A DNA stretch of 27,000 nt from Takakia lepidozioides (GCA_030704615.1 JAKLZA010000069.1:1-27000), one strand, 5' to 3'. Positions 12,590-22,120 are shown, counted from the first letter of the stretch. The notes: generated from the letters alone by a model not told the origin. Program-made: numbers and translations.

Positions 12590-13260
12590 TCAGAAATGGG
12601 GCACCGCATTTCCAAAACAGGGAACTCTAAGAACCTCTTTTGGAAATGCGGCACCGCATTTCCAAAACAGGGGAGGGACTAAATTTTCCATTTCAATGTT
12701 GGCATAGTAAAAAGTAATCTGAATTGGAAATGCGGTGCCGCATTTCCAAAATTTCCTTTGTCCACACGCCAGTTTTGGCCTCTCCCGCTCATTGCATGGA
12801 TGCCACCACGCTTACAGAGGTCGAACAAGGAGGTCGAACAAGGAGGTCGACATGGCGGGATTGAAAATGCGGTGCCGCATTTCATATTGGGGATGGTCGT
12901 TGTTCGAACTGCAGGCCCATCAGCAAAAATTGGCACCGCATTCCATTGTTAAAAAAAAGTCGATGACGGACATGGAAATGCGGCGCCGCATTTCCAGAAC
13001 GGACATCGCAATTTGTCCATTTGCAGACCCTCTCTCGGAAATGCGGTAACGCATTCCATCGCGCTGGTCGGAAATGTCACACTTTTCGAAGTGTTGTACG
13101 GAAATGCGCACCGCATTCCCTTGTCCAAAAAGAAGTTTCCATTGCCAAGCTGGAAATGCGTCGCCGCATTTGCAATGCCAACCTCGTTTTCTGATCAATT
13201 TATAGACCCGTGTTGGTATTTCGTGTACCTGGACGGAAATGATGCACCGCATTTCGATGT
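12590..13260. repeat. Second, less regular cluster of ~10 GAAATGCGG-NN-CCGCATTTC palindromes
   Basis: Copies near 12593, 12642, 12725, 12864, 12974, 13037, 13100, 13152 and 13234. Confidence 0.9.
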
Positions 13261-13738
13261 CCGACATGGCGTTACTCTGGTATATTCTTGACACATGACT
13301 CACATACCGGTTACTCTGCTATATTCATCCGGACAGACACATTGTAGAAATGAGACATCAAATTGTAAACAGTGGGCCAATTCCGACATCCTTGAAAAAG
13401 AGTAGCGGAGTACGCTCAATGACAGCAGCTCCCGGATGGAGGAGGAGCAGCGCGGTGGCTGGAAAAAGTTCAAGCTAACGCTGCAATTCCTCACAAACAC
13501 TCCAGGGCACATTTAAATTTCCCCCCTACAGGATCCTGGACCGATGAAGATTGGCTGCTGCATGAATGTAGCCGTTTCAGTTTCCTACCCTGCCATGCAA
13601 ACTATGGGCAGTCACTGCCAGGTGGGCCGATAGCCACTGGACACGACGAAGTCCATCCCCTCTTCGATGTAAATGCGGCGCCGAATTTCCATCCGGGGGG
13701 ATGGACTTCGGTGGCAGATCTCAAACTATAACTTGTTG

Positions 13739-14503
13739 ATGAGAAAGATGTATGGGTTCATCCACCGCTGGCGTGATGAACACGTTCCACCTCTGTCGGT
13801 GGGTACGTGTGACCCAGATGCTCCATTATTGGAGGCCGGACTGCTCTTCCGCTTCGTATCATTTCCAAAATCTAAGGGCTTCGTAGCTGTCCGCAAGGTC
13901 ATCGGCATCCAAGTCGTCCTCAGGTCCTCCTTTGCAAGGATGCCGTGCTTCCGGAACCGGGACGACTGCCCCTTTGGAGGCATCGATTATGCAATGTATT
14001 CGGCCACATCGGGAGACATTGTTATCTGGTACACAGATTACACAGAAGATACTGGTTCGATTGTGGAAACATTGGTGGCTTTTGAGTATATCGTAGGCCA
14101 CTACGCCTTCGAGCGGGTGACGATCTTGGTTTGAGGAGTCCGTGGCTCCTGCGCATCCTCGATTCCGATTTTCCCAGCTACGACGGTCACCCATGCAGAA
14201 GAAGGCGCACTGCTATGCTGTTGCGGTGGAACTGCTGCCACTGGACGTGGGTGGACTCCATCGGAGAGACCTATTCTCCTCGAGGAGTGCGCTCCTCTTC
14301 TCCATTGTATGGGGACATTCGCATTGGTGTGGACGACGAAAACGGTGAAGATTTCCATATTCGATGGTGGTATGATTGAAGGGCAGGACATTGTGGTGAA
14401 CATCACTAGGGGCGGTACAACGGCTGCAATCGACTTTACATGGAGGAGCCCCAGGACTCATGAGCTAGTTCTGAGAGCAGTCGAAGTCCCATTGACAACG
14501 TGA
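13739..14503 (+). CDS. Possible third cargo gene or pseudogene of the MULE, unknown function
   Basis: Two protein-like frames (MRKMYGFIHRW...ERVTILV ending 14134; ...EEGALLCCCGG...VEVPLTT ending 14503), followed by AATAAA near 14587. I could not find a clean splice joining them. Confidence 0.3.
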
Positions 14504-14882
14504 CTTGTATTCAGTAGGCGCAGGGCTCAAGATTTGAGGGCACAATCAGCACAGTAGACGTGCTTCAAATGCAATTCATGTGGATCAATAAAAACCTCAT
14601 TGTGCCCTCTTTTTATTCTATTCTGTGTCCATTGTTCCGAGAATGCGTCATTGCTCATTTCGTTTGGGATTGGGAGTGTGGGTGAATTTTGCAAATGGCT
14701 GGTAGGCTGAAATGGGCCCCCATTGTACAGAGCAGTACCACCCTACCATTCGCGAAACATTGCCTTTCAATATATAATTCTAAATAACATTGCCGAACCT
14801 CCTTCATGGGAGGTCCTTCTCCCCCTATGACCGTGGCACCCTAAACCCTATTCCCGCGGACACTCATTTCCGAAAATAGTGC

Positions 14883-14966
14883 TGCTCATGTTTTTTTCCA
14901 CACTTACGACTCTGCTCATGGCTCATGCCGCTCATGGCTCATGGCTCATGAAATAGCAGCCCCCCC
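14883..14966 (-). repeat. Right terminal inverted repeat with GCTCATG 7-mers
   Basis: GCTCATGGCTCATGCCGCTCATGGCTCATGGCTCATGAAATAGCAGCCCCCCC, inverse of the left end. Confidence 0.8.
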
Positions 14967-15074
14967 ACACACTAGTATACCACTAGTCTACCACTAGTCC
15001 AACCACTAGGCTACAACTAGTCAGTCACTAGGCTGCCACTACGCTGCCCACTATGGCAGTCACTAGTCCACACA
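14965..15074 (-). repeat. Extra partial LTR (first ~110 bp of U3) appended directly after the 3' LTR
   Basis: Matches 15471-15592 except for one missing 12-bp CCACTAGTCCAA unit. Confidence 0.9.
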
Positions 15075-15075
15075 A

Positions 15076-15592
15076 TGATAAAGAGGAAGAATACAAGCAC
15101 AAGCTCATGCGAGCTCACAAAGCTGAAGCATAAACTCATGCATATATAACCTCATCACTCAAATACAAGTCAAGCCAAGTGCACCCCACGCCATGGGGAA
15201 TCCACACTACGGCGCCATAGCTAGGCGCGGTGAGGCTCAACTCGAGAAAGATGAGCCTCCCGCGCTTGCCGTGAAGATAACCACTCCAGGGCCTAAATCT
15301 GCCTTGACCCCTGGATTGACACTTGGGCCAATCCCAAATGTCAATATGTAAAAGCTAGCTATTTCCTAGCTAGTTTCACACTAGTGGTAAAATAACTTGA
15401 CAGCTGTCGTGCGCATACATATCGCTACACAACTACATCGCTGTCCAAAACCACACAACACATGTGCACACCACACACTAGTATACCACTAGTCTACCAC
15501 TAGTCCAACCACTAGTCCAACCACTAGGCTACAACTAGTCAGTCACTAGGCTGCCACTACGCTGCCCACTATGGCAGTCACTAGTCCACACA
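15076..15592 (-). repeat. Full-length 3' LTR (517 bp, TG...CA)
   Basis: Minus strand begins TGTGTGG right after the PPT and ends TTTATCA. U3 start has CCACTAG-type short repeats. Confidence 0.85.
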
Positions 15593-15603
15593 ATCGCCCC
15601 CCT
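15593..15603 (-). other. Polypurine tract
   Basis: Minus strand AGGGGGGCGAT immediately before TG of the LTR. Confidence 0.85.
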
Positions 15604-15852
15604 AGCTGGTGCTTAGGTCCCTCTAAGTCCAGGTAGCCACAAGATGTGATAGTGACCATAGCCTCACTAAGTCCTCCACCACTATCCCTACTACACTCAA
15701 ACTCGATAGATCAAGAGGCCGGGTGCAAGAGTTGCCCCATCGTTAGTCGCCGTCTTGCAACCTGTGAACTTGAGCTTGGGATCTCATGTATTGACTCCTA
15801 TGAGCTTGGCCTCCCATGTCTTGTTAGCTGCCTCCAGTCATGTCCACTGCCA

Positions 15853-15995
15853 CTATCCCAAGCAGTGTGGACACAACCAATCTCCGTCAGGAACCTTCTC
15901 AAGAGGTGGTGTCAAGCATCCCATATGCCAACCCCTTGAGCACGATCACACACCAGCATGGTGGCTGCCCCTTTGGCAGACCCACAGAGCATGCA
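15853..15995 (-). CDS. PHD finger at the integrase C-terminus, reached through two 1-nt frameshifts (~16085 and ~15942)
   Basis: Restored translation [47 protein letters not shown] has canonical C4HC3 spacing with LxxVPxGxWxCPxC. Confidence 0.9.
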
Positions 15996-15997
15996 CC

Positions 15998-18985
15998 TCA
16001 AACCTGCAGGTACCACTGCCAAGTTTGGGTCAACTCTGCCATCGACATTGGGAAGGTGACATGGCGCACAATTACGCACATGGTCTTCCAAGTCATGCCA
16101 TCCCGACCCTCTAAGATCAGGACCCCTGAGGGCAACACCTCTCGAACCCTCAGAATAACACGCCCTGCAGTAACATCCAGAGTCGTAGGAGCAGTCTGCT
16201 GCAAATAAACATAGTCACCAGGGCTAAACCTCCGAACCCCAGGACGATATCCTCCACCACGTATAGTGGCATACCTCAACGTATCACGGTGCTGTGCAAT
16301 GGCAAGGTTCTCAAAAGCCATGGGCATGACTTTCTTGAACAACTCTGCACGCTGATCACATGCACGTACCCACACGTCCGGATCGTCAAGGTTAAGGACT
16401 TGAGCAGTGTCCCTACGAATGGCTGCAGGCAAATCCGGCTCTCGGCCAAAGAGAAGGAAATATGGTGAGAAGGAGGCAAGTGATGCTTGTTTGCTGAACC
16501 TGTAGCCCATGGCTAACCAAGGAACCTGAAGATCCCAATCTCCTAGGTGTCCCTTCTGCAAGCCATACTTGCGCAAACCCCTCTTCACCGTCTGAACAAC
16601 TCTCTCTGCTAAGCCATCGGCCTCAGGATGATCCCGAGAAGTGGTGCGGTGGTCTATCAAGGCTTTATCACACAAAGCCTGAAACTCCCCCAAGAACTCT
16701 CTCCCTTGGTCCGTGAGTACCTCAGCTGGAGCACCAAATCGGCTAAGCACACGATCCAAGAATGCATACGCAGCCCCCTCACTAGCCTTGTCAGGCAATG
16801 GAACCAACTCAATCCACTTGGAGAAGTGCTCCACCATCACCAACACATATCTGTGGTGGCGCATAGTCAGTGGCAACGGTCCTGCGAAGTCAAGACTCCA
16901 CCTGTAGCCCAATCCCATGATTGGTAAAGGATGCAACTGTGGTGTAGGGGCGTTGAATGAAGCACGCACCCTGTCACACACCATGCACCTAGCCACAAAC
17001 TGTTGCACCTCTGTATGCATACCACGCCACCAATACTGCCCCTGCAGTAAACTGTGAGTGCGTCGCACTCCAAAATGCCCCAACTCCTCATGGGCATGCC
17101 GCACTAACCGTGCACGCTGTGTGGGGTGAGGCACAATCCTCACCCGACCATCCTCCCACACTCGAAGTAGGTGTATCCCCTCCCACTTGAACCTCTTGGC
17201 TCGTTGCAGGATCCGATCCCTCTCCCTGGCAGTCACAATGGCTGCCGTGTCTCCCGTGCGGAGGTAGTCCAACACAGCCGAATCCTCATGTATATCTCTG
17301 GCACCACCTAGCTCATCACTAGCCTCAGGGTCCTCAGACACTCCGTCTACAGTCATCCCTGTTGTAGGTCCAATCTGACCTCCCGATGCCAAGATACACA
17401 AAAATGCAGATGCGTGCCATCCCGGCACCATCTCCTCGTCCGTCTCACCATGCCACCGAGCTCCAGTGTCATCCTGCTGGCTCATGCATGGATTGCGACT
17501 CAATCCATCCGCATCCCGATTGACCAAACCCGGTCGATGCACAACCTGAAAGTCATACTCCTGGAGTATAAGTGCCCACCGTGCAAGCTTCCCCGTAAGC
17601 TTGTCTGACTCCATCAACCACTTGAGTGGCTGGTGATCCGTGACAAGGGTGAAAAGATTGCCGTATAGATAGCACCTGAAGTGTGCCACGGCCCACACTG
17701 CAGCTAAGCACTCTCCCTCATATGAGCTGTACTTAGCCTCTGCAGCGTTGTTCGAGCGGCTAGCGTAAGCCACTACGAACTCTCTTCCCTCATCATCCAC
17801 CTGTGTGAGCACCGCTCCAAGCCCCAGCATGCTCCAATCCGTATGCAGCTGAAAGGGACGCCCCCTGATAGGTCGTCTCAAGATAGGCGCCGAGGTCAAC
17901 CTCGCCTTGAGCTCTTGAAAAGCTCGTTCCTGCTCATCTTCCCACTGCCACTCCTGGTCCACCTTGGTCAGCTTGGTTAGAGCCTTTGCAATGGTACTAA
18001 ATCCCTTGACAAACCGTCTATAATAGTTTGCCAACCCCATGAAAGCTCGAACTCGGCTCACATCCGTGGGGCGTGGAATTTGTGCAATGGCCTCTACCTT
18101 AGTCTGCTGTACCCCCAATCCTCCAGGATATATCATGTGACCCAGATACTCAATCTGGTTGTGGAAAAACTTGCACTTCCCCGGATGCAACTTCAATCCG
18201 TGCGCTCTCAAGCGCTCCAATACCACCTGAAGGTGTCTCTCATGCTCCTCCATCGTAACACTAAAGATGATGATGTCATCTATGTAGCACCGAGCAAAGT
18301 CCACCCCTGCTAGAATCCTATCCATGACTCTCTGAAACTCTGCAGGAGCATTCTTAAGCCCAAATGGTAAGAACCGCCACTGATATAGGCAATCCTTGCC
18401 GTGCTCATTGATCCCCCAGAATGCCGTCTTCTGCTTGTCCGCCTCCTTGATTGGCAACTGGTGATATCCGGATCGTAAATCCAAAGTGCTAAAGGCCTTA
18501 GCATGCCCGATGGCATCAAAGATCTCCTCTGGTGTTGGCATGGCATACTTATCGGACTTGGTCTGACGATTTACAGGCCGGTAATCACCGCACATACGTC
18601 TCTCCGTCCAATTGCCATAGACATCCTTCTTGGCTGGCATCACTGTGGCTGAAGCATACTCTCCACCAGAGAGCTCCACCAAACCTGCCTCCCAGAGATC
18701 TTGAGTCCTCATCTGAATCAAAGACCTCTCCATGTCACTGTATCTATAGGGTCTCCGAAAGATTGGCGTGTCAGTGGCCAACTCAATACGGATCTCTTGA
18801 CCCTTCAGTGCTCCCAAGTCCTTCAAACTGAAGGCAAAGCAATTCCTGTAAGCCCTCAGGAACCGCCGTATACGTCGTCTCTCTCCTCCGGTGACAATGG
18901 GTCCAATGTCAGGCTCCCAATTGTCCTCCGTAACTACAACCTTAAGTCCAGTGGGCTTAGAGGTAGAGGACGCGTCCCGTGGTTG
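15998..18985 (-). CDS. pol: Pol: reverse transcriptase, RNase H, integrase
   Basis: RT: RMCGDYRPVN, LDLRSGYHQ, LPFGLKNAP, YIDDI. RNase H: TDWS, ECLAAVWA, TDHQPL, DADGLSR. Integrase: H..LGH...CMVC, LDF, TDQGREF, DGLAER. The frame is open from 18985, directly after the TAG of the upstream ORF. Confidence 0.97.
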   Translation of the reverse strand, partial: QPRDASSTSKPTGLKVVVTEDNWEPDIGPIVTGGERRRIRRFLRAYRNCFAFSLKDLGALKGQEIRIELATDTPIFRRPYRYSDMERSLIQMRTQDLWEAGLVELSGGEYASATVMPAKKDVYGNWTERRMCGDYRPVNRQTKSDKYAMPTPEEIFDAIGHAKAFSTLDLRSGYHQLPIKEADKQKTAFWGINEHGKDCLYQWRFLPFGLKNAPAEFQRVMDRILAGVDFARCYIDDIIIFSVTMEEHERHLQVVLERLRAHGLKLHPGKCKFFHNQIEYLGHMIYPGGLGVQQTKVEAIAQIPRPTDVSRVRAFMGLANYYRRFVKGFSTIAKALTKLTKVDQEWQWEDEQERAFQELKARLTSAPILRRPIRGRPFQLHTDWSMLGLGAVLTQVDDEGREFVVAYASRSNNAAEAKYSSYEGECLAAVWAVAHFRCYLYGNLFTLVTDHQPLKWLMESDKLTGKLARWALILQEYDFQVVHRPGLVNRDADGLSRNPCMSQQDDTGARWHGETDEEMVPGWHASAFLCILASGGQIGPTTGMTVDGVSEDPEASDELGGARDIHEDSAVLDYLRTGDTAAIVTARERDRILQRAKRFKWEGIHLLRVWEDGRVRIVPHPTQRARLVRHAHEELGHFGVRRTHSLLQGQYWWRGMHTEVQQFVARCMVCDRVRASFNAPTPQLHPLPIMGLGYRWSLDFAGPLPLTMRHHRYVLVMVEHFSKWIELVPLPDKASEGAAYAFLDRVLSRFGAPAEVLTDQGREFLGEFQALCDKALIDHRTTSRDHPEADGLAERVVQTVKRGLRKYGLQKGHLGDWDLQVPWLAMGYRFSKQASLASFSPYFLLFGREPDLPAAIRRDTAQVLNLDDPDVWVRACDQRAELFKKVMPMAFENLAIAQHRDTLRYATIRGGGYRPGVRRFSPGDYVYLQQTAPTTLDVTAGRVILRVREVLPSGVLILEGRDGMTWKTMCVIVRHVTFPMSMAELTQTWQWYLQV

Positions 18986-21900
18986 CTATGCTGCAACCTC
19001 TTGAGCAGTACTCCCTACCTGCTCAGTCAATGACAAGGCATCATCCTGCCCCATCATCTCATCCTTGAGGACCTCCTCAACTCGAGAAGAATCCCCAACC
19101 TCATCCATCACAGCCGCCTTGGCTGCCAACTCCCTCTGAACCTCGAGCACCTCCCACGTGTGCCATGGATGCATGCACCCCGTGGTCCTCATATGCTCGC
19201 CCCCACTCACTGCCTGTACCGTCTCGGTAGGCAGAGAGACCATTGAGGGAAGTGTATTCCGCACTCTGCGTTGCTCAGCTAGAGCCAAGCTGATAATCCA
19301 GGTCAAGCAATTGAGATCCATTGCTTGCCCCAACACTTGACGACGTGATGCCTCAGAAAGAGACGACACCGCCGTGGTACCAGTGGTAAAACCCATTGCC
19401 CGCTCACGCTCGTCAGCATTAGGCTCCACTAACTGCTGCAACTGAGCATCCCACAGGAGGCCAGGTCCACTATCCCGGAAAGCATGCGATCCTGGGAAGC
19501 TGAGCAGTGTAGGTAATGCTGCTCGTGGTTGACCCACCTTGTTGACCACTGCCAAAGGCGAACGGTCATCGTGTCTCACACGTTGAGACTGCCTCCCTGT
19601 GTCCAGAATGTTATCCACTGTGAGATGTGCTGGCCGCTGCACCCCATCAAATGCACGCTTGAGCAGTGCGGGTGGCATCATGTTAGTCCACCATAGCCGT
19701 GGACGATGAGCCCGTGACCCCACTGTAGCTGCATCTAGCAACACTGCTGACCCAAGCCACGACCGGACTTGATGCACACTGGCCATCACCCTGGCCCGAG
19801 AATCGCCCATCAGTGGCACATTCTCCAAGATGTATGCTGGAGATACAGCTTGATGAAGCTGCAAGTGGCGCAAAACCCGCACCATCTCCCAAAACAAACC
19901 CGACCTCGAGTCTCGCAATCCATTGCCATGCCCGGCTGATGAATGCCCTTGGCAGGGCCAACCTGCCACTACCAGATCAATGGAGCCAACCCGCTCCAAA
20001 TCCTGCGCCCCCAGCAACGAAATGTCTGCTGGCAAGGCCTGCTGATATCCACGAATTGCAGACACCGACAACAACTCAGGGTACCGCTGCACCAACTGAG
20101 CAACATGGCGAAGTGAAACGCGTCGTGCAGTCTCATCCCTCTCCACATACAGGTAACGCCGAACTCGTACACCTGCCTGTAACACAGCAGCCAATCCGGT
20201 GCTGATCCCGCCAAACAAGTCCAGAAGACAAATGCCTTCATCCGGAGACTGCCACACAATAGGTGTGGTGTCCAATGGAGACAATTGAGGTGGTCCTGGT
20301 GCAATCCCCACACTCTCCTCCTCTCCTGACGGTACAAAAGCCTCCACCCAGGCTTGTTGCACCCGTCGATCAGCATCCCGCTGCAAATCCTTGCTCGTGC
20401 CCCACAATGGAGTCTGAGCAACCATGGTAGGCAACTCCGCCATACCATACATGTCATCCTGCTCTCCCGGAGGTGGTACATCCTCTGAATGAGCATTGCC
20501 CTCAAGCAACTCTCTAGGCCAACTCACTGCCGCTGTGAATGCTGCTAGTGTCGGCATCTTGCCTCGCTGGGCAACCGCAACTCCTCCTATGAACGTCACA
20601 GGGAGCTGCACACGCCGGCCCTCCCCTGACTGCCATGCAGGCCTATAGGAAGCTGACTCCTCCCAAAAATCCAGGGTGAAGCCCATGGGGTACAACACTG
20701 CCCCACCAACCAGGACATCGTATGAGACTGCGTCTGTCACAATGGCCTTGGCTCGCATCACTGAGCCATCTGTAGGGTGATCCGGCCGTAGTCTGATAGC
20801 CAACTCATGCCGTGTCATGCCCCGAGCCTGCTCCGATCCTCCCAGAGACGTCTGTATCTGGAAAGGACAAGGCTCCATATCCGCCTCCGTGAGGCCCAAG
20901 CCTGCAATAGCAGCTCTGCCCAGCATCAGTGGCTGAGCTCCCGAGTCCAACAAGACTCGCAGTGGCCGGTACCTCTTGCCTGCCGGTCCACTCAAACAGA
21001 AAATGCCATCCTGGTTGTCTAACATGACAACTCCAGGTGTCACCATGGCGCGCTCAATGGCTGGCCTAGCTGGCAGCTCCATCAACCTGGCAGCTGCAGC
21101 TTGCCATGGCGCCGCCGTGGCAGTCTTGACCCTCAAATCCGAGGATCCCTCCGGCACTACACCTCCCACTATCTCCGCAGAAGATGAAGTAACCTCCCCA
21201 CTCTCACAGAGTGTAGCTGCCAGCCTGAACACCTCAGCTGGTCTTACCCCCGGCGTCGCAATCATGGTAGCCGAGAACAATGGAGCCTGGCACACAGATG
21301 TGGCCGCTCCTAGCAGCACACTAGCTGCCGTAGCCTTGGCAACACTAGGTAGTGGTGCTACCCGTGTAGCTCTCCCCAATGGCATAGTAACCTCCGCCTC
21401 GGTAATAGTCGGGCGAGAACTAGGTGCCATGGATGGCGTCGACACTGTCTCCGCCAATGTGAATGACTGAGGAAGCCTAGCCTGACGGCTTGCCTCCCCA
21501 CGCTGTGGATCCAACTCCACCTCTGCACCTCGTGGCTCAGGAACTCGTGCTGCTCCTCGAGTCACGGCTGCAGCAGACTCCACCTGCACTAGTGGTAGTG
21601 CTGCTCCACACATGAATCCCATGCCTCCCATATCTCCTCCCTCAGGAGCAGGAGGTGGACCATCCGGCCTTAGAGCCGGTACCACCTGAGCTGTAGCCAT
21701 GGCAGCGAGCCTCTGCTCTAGCTGCTGAAGCCGGTTGGCCATGCCTTGGTCAACACCCTGACCTCCGCGTCCTTGGCCACGTTGAGCTTGCCCTTGGCCT
21801 GCACCTCGTGGCTGGCCACCTCGTCCTCTCTGGGCTGCTCCACCTCGCCCCCGGCCACCATTGTTCCCTTGGAACTGGCCTGGGCGCAACTCAGGATGCA

Positions 21901-22120
21901 AACTATAACACTGGGCCTCTCCATGCCCGTGCTTGCCACAATGCCCACACTGCAACTGTGCAGGCTGTGCATGTGCCGACCCTTTGCCTCCCTCTGGGCA
22001 ATCCTTCTTGACATGGGGTCCTCCACATGTCCAGCACACCACATCCGCCCGTTGTTGGCCAGCAAATGAAGGGAGAGACCCCTGCATTTGAGGTCCTCTC
22101 TGCCCTTCCCTGAGCTTCAC
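18986..22120 (-). CDS. Gag C-terminus (two Cys/His knuckles), aspartic protease, DNMT3-like C5 cytosine methyltransferase (~20235-19290)
   Basis: Knuckles CWTCGGPHVKKDC and CGHCGKHGHGEAQC; protease LLDSGA; MTase motifs I LDLFGGISTG, II YVERD, IV GWPCQG, VI ENV, VIII HRPRLWWTN, IX ERERAMGF, X RRQVLGQAM. Confidence 0.95.
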   Translation of the reverse strand: MKLREGQRGPQMQGSLPSFAGQQRADVVCWTCGGPHVKKDCPEGGKGSAHAQPAQLQCGHCGKHGHGEAQCYSLHPELRPGQFQGNNGGRGRGGAAQRGRGGQPRGAGQGQAQRGQGRGGQGVDQGMANRLQQLEQRLAAMATAQVVPALRPDGPPPAPEGGDMGGMGFMCGAALPLVQVESAAAVTRGAARVPEPRGAEVELDPQRGEASRQARLPQSFTLAETVSTPSMAPSSRPTITEAEVTMPLGRATRVAPLPSVAKATAASVLLGAATSVCQAPLFSATMIATPGVRPAEVFRLAATLCESGEVTSSSAEIVGGVVPEGSSDLRVKTATAAPWQAAAARLMELPARPAIERAMVTPGVVMLDNQDGIFCLSGPAGKRYRPLRVLLDSGAQPLMLGRAAIAGLGLTEADMEPCPFQIQTSLGGSEQARGMTRHELAIRLRPDHPTDGSVMRAKAIVTDAVSYDVLVGGAVLYPMGFTLDFWEESASYRPAWQSGEGRRVQLPVTFIGGVAVAQRGKMPTLAAFTAAVSWPRELLEGNAHSEDVPPPGEQDDMYGMAELPTMVAQTPLWGTSKDLQRDADRRVQQAWVEAFVPSGEEESVGIAPGPPQLSPLDTTPIVWQSPDEGICLLDLFGGISTGLAAVLQAGVRVRRYLYVERDETARRVSLRHVAQLVQRYPELLSVSAIRGYQQALPADISLLGAQDLERVGSIDLVVAGWPCQGHSSAGHGNGLRDSRSGLFWEMVRVLRHLQLHQAVSPAYILENVPLMGDSRARVMASVHQVRSWLGSAVLLDAATVGSRAHRPRLWWTNMMPPALLKRAFDGVQRPAHLTVDNILDTGRQSQRVRHDDRSPLAVVNKVGQPRAALPTLLSFPGSHAFRDSGPGLLWDAQLQQLVEPNADERERAMGFTTGTTAVSSLSEASRRQVLGQAMDLNCLTWIISLALAEQRRVRNTLPSMVSLPTETVQAVSGGEHMRTTGCMHPWHTWEVLEVQRELAAKAAVMDEVGDSSRVEEVLKDEMMGQDDALSLTEQVGSTAQEVAA

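Larger units (their letters stand above)
343..14966. mobile_element. Mutator-like (MULE) DNA transposon, ~14.6 kb, carrying a ParB-methyltransferase cargo gene
   Basis: Imperfect G-initiated TIRs (left GGGGAGGTTTACTATTTCATGAGC..., right revcomp GGGGGGGCTGCTATTTCATGAGC...) enclose a MULE-type DDE transposase. The same palindrome recurs from ~900 to ~13690. No TSD found. Confidence 0.8.

Noticed and set aside
15076-15402. Treating the 327-bp TG...CA segment as the complete LTR
   Set aside because: No PPT precedes 15402 on the minus strand, whereas a canonical PPT precedes 15592; flanks CACAA and CCTCA are not a TSD.
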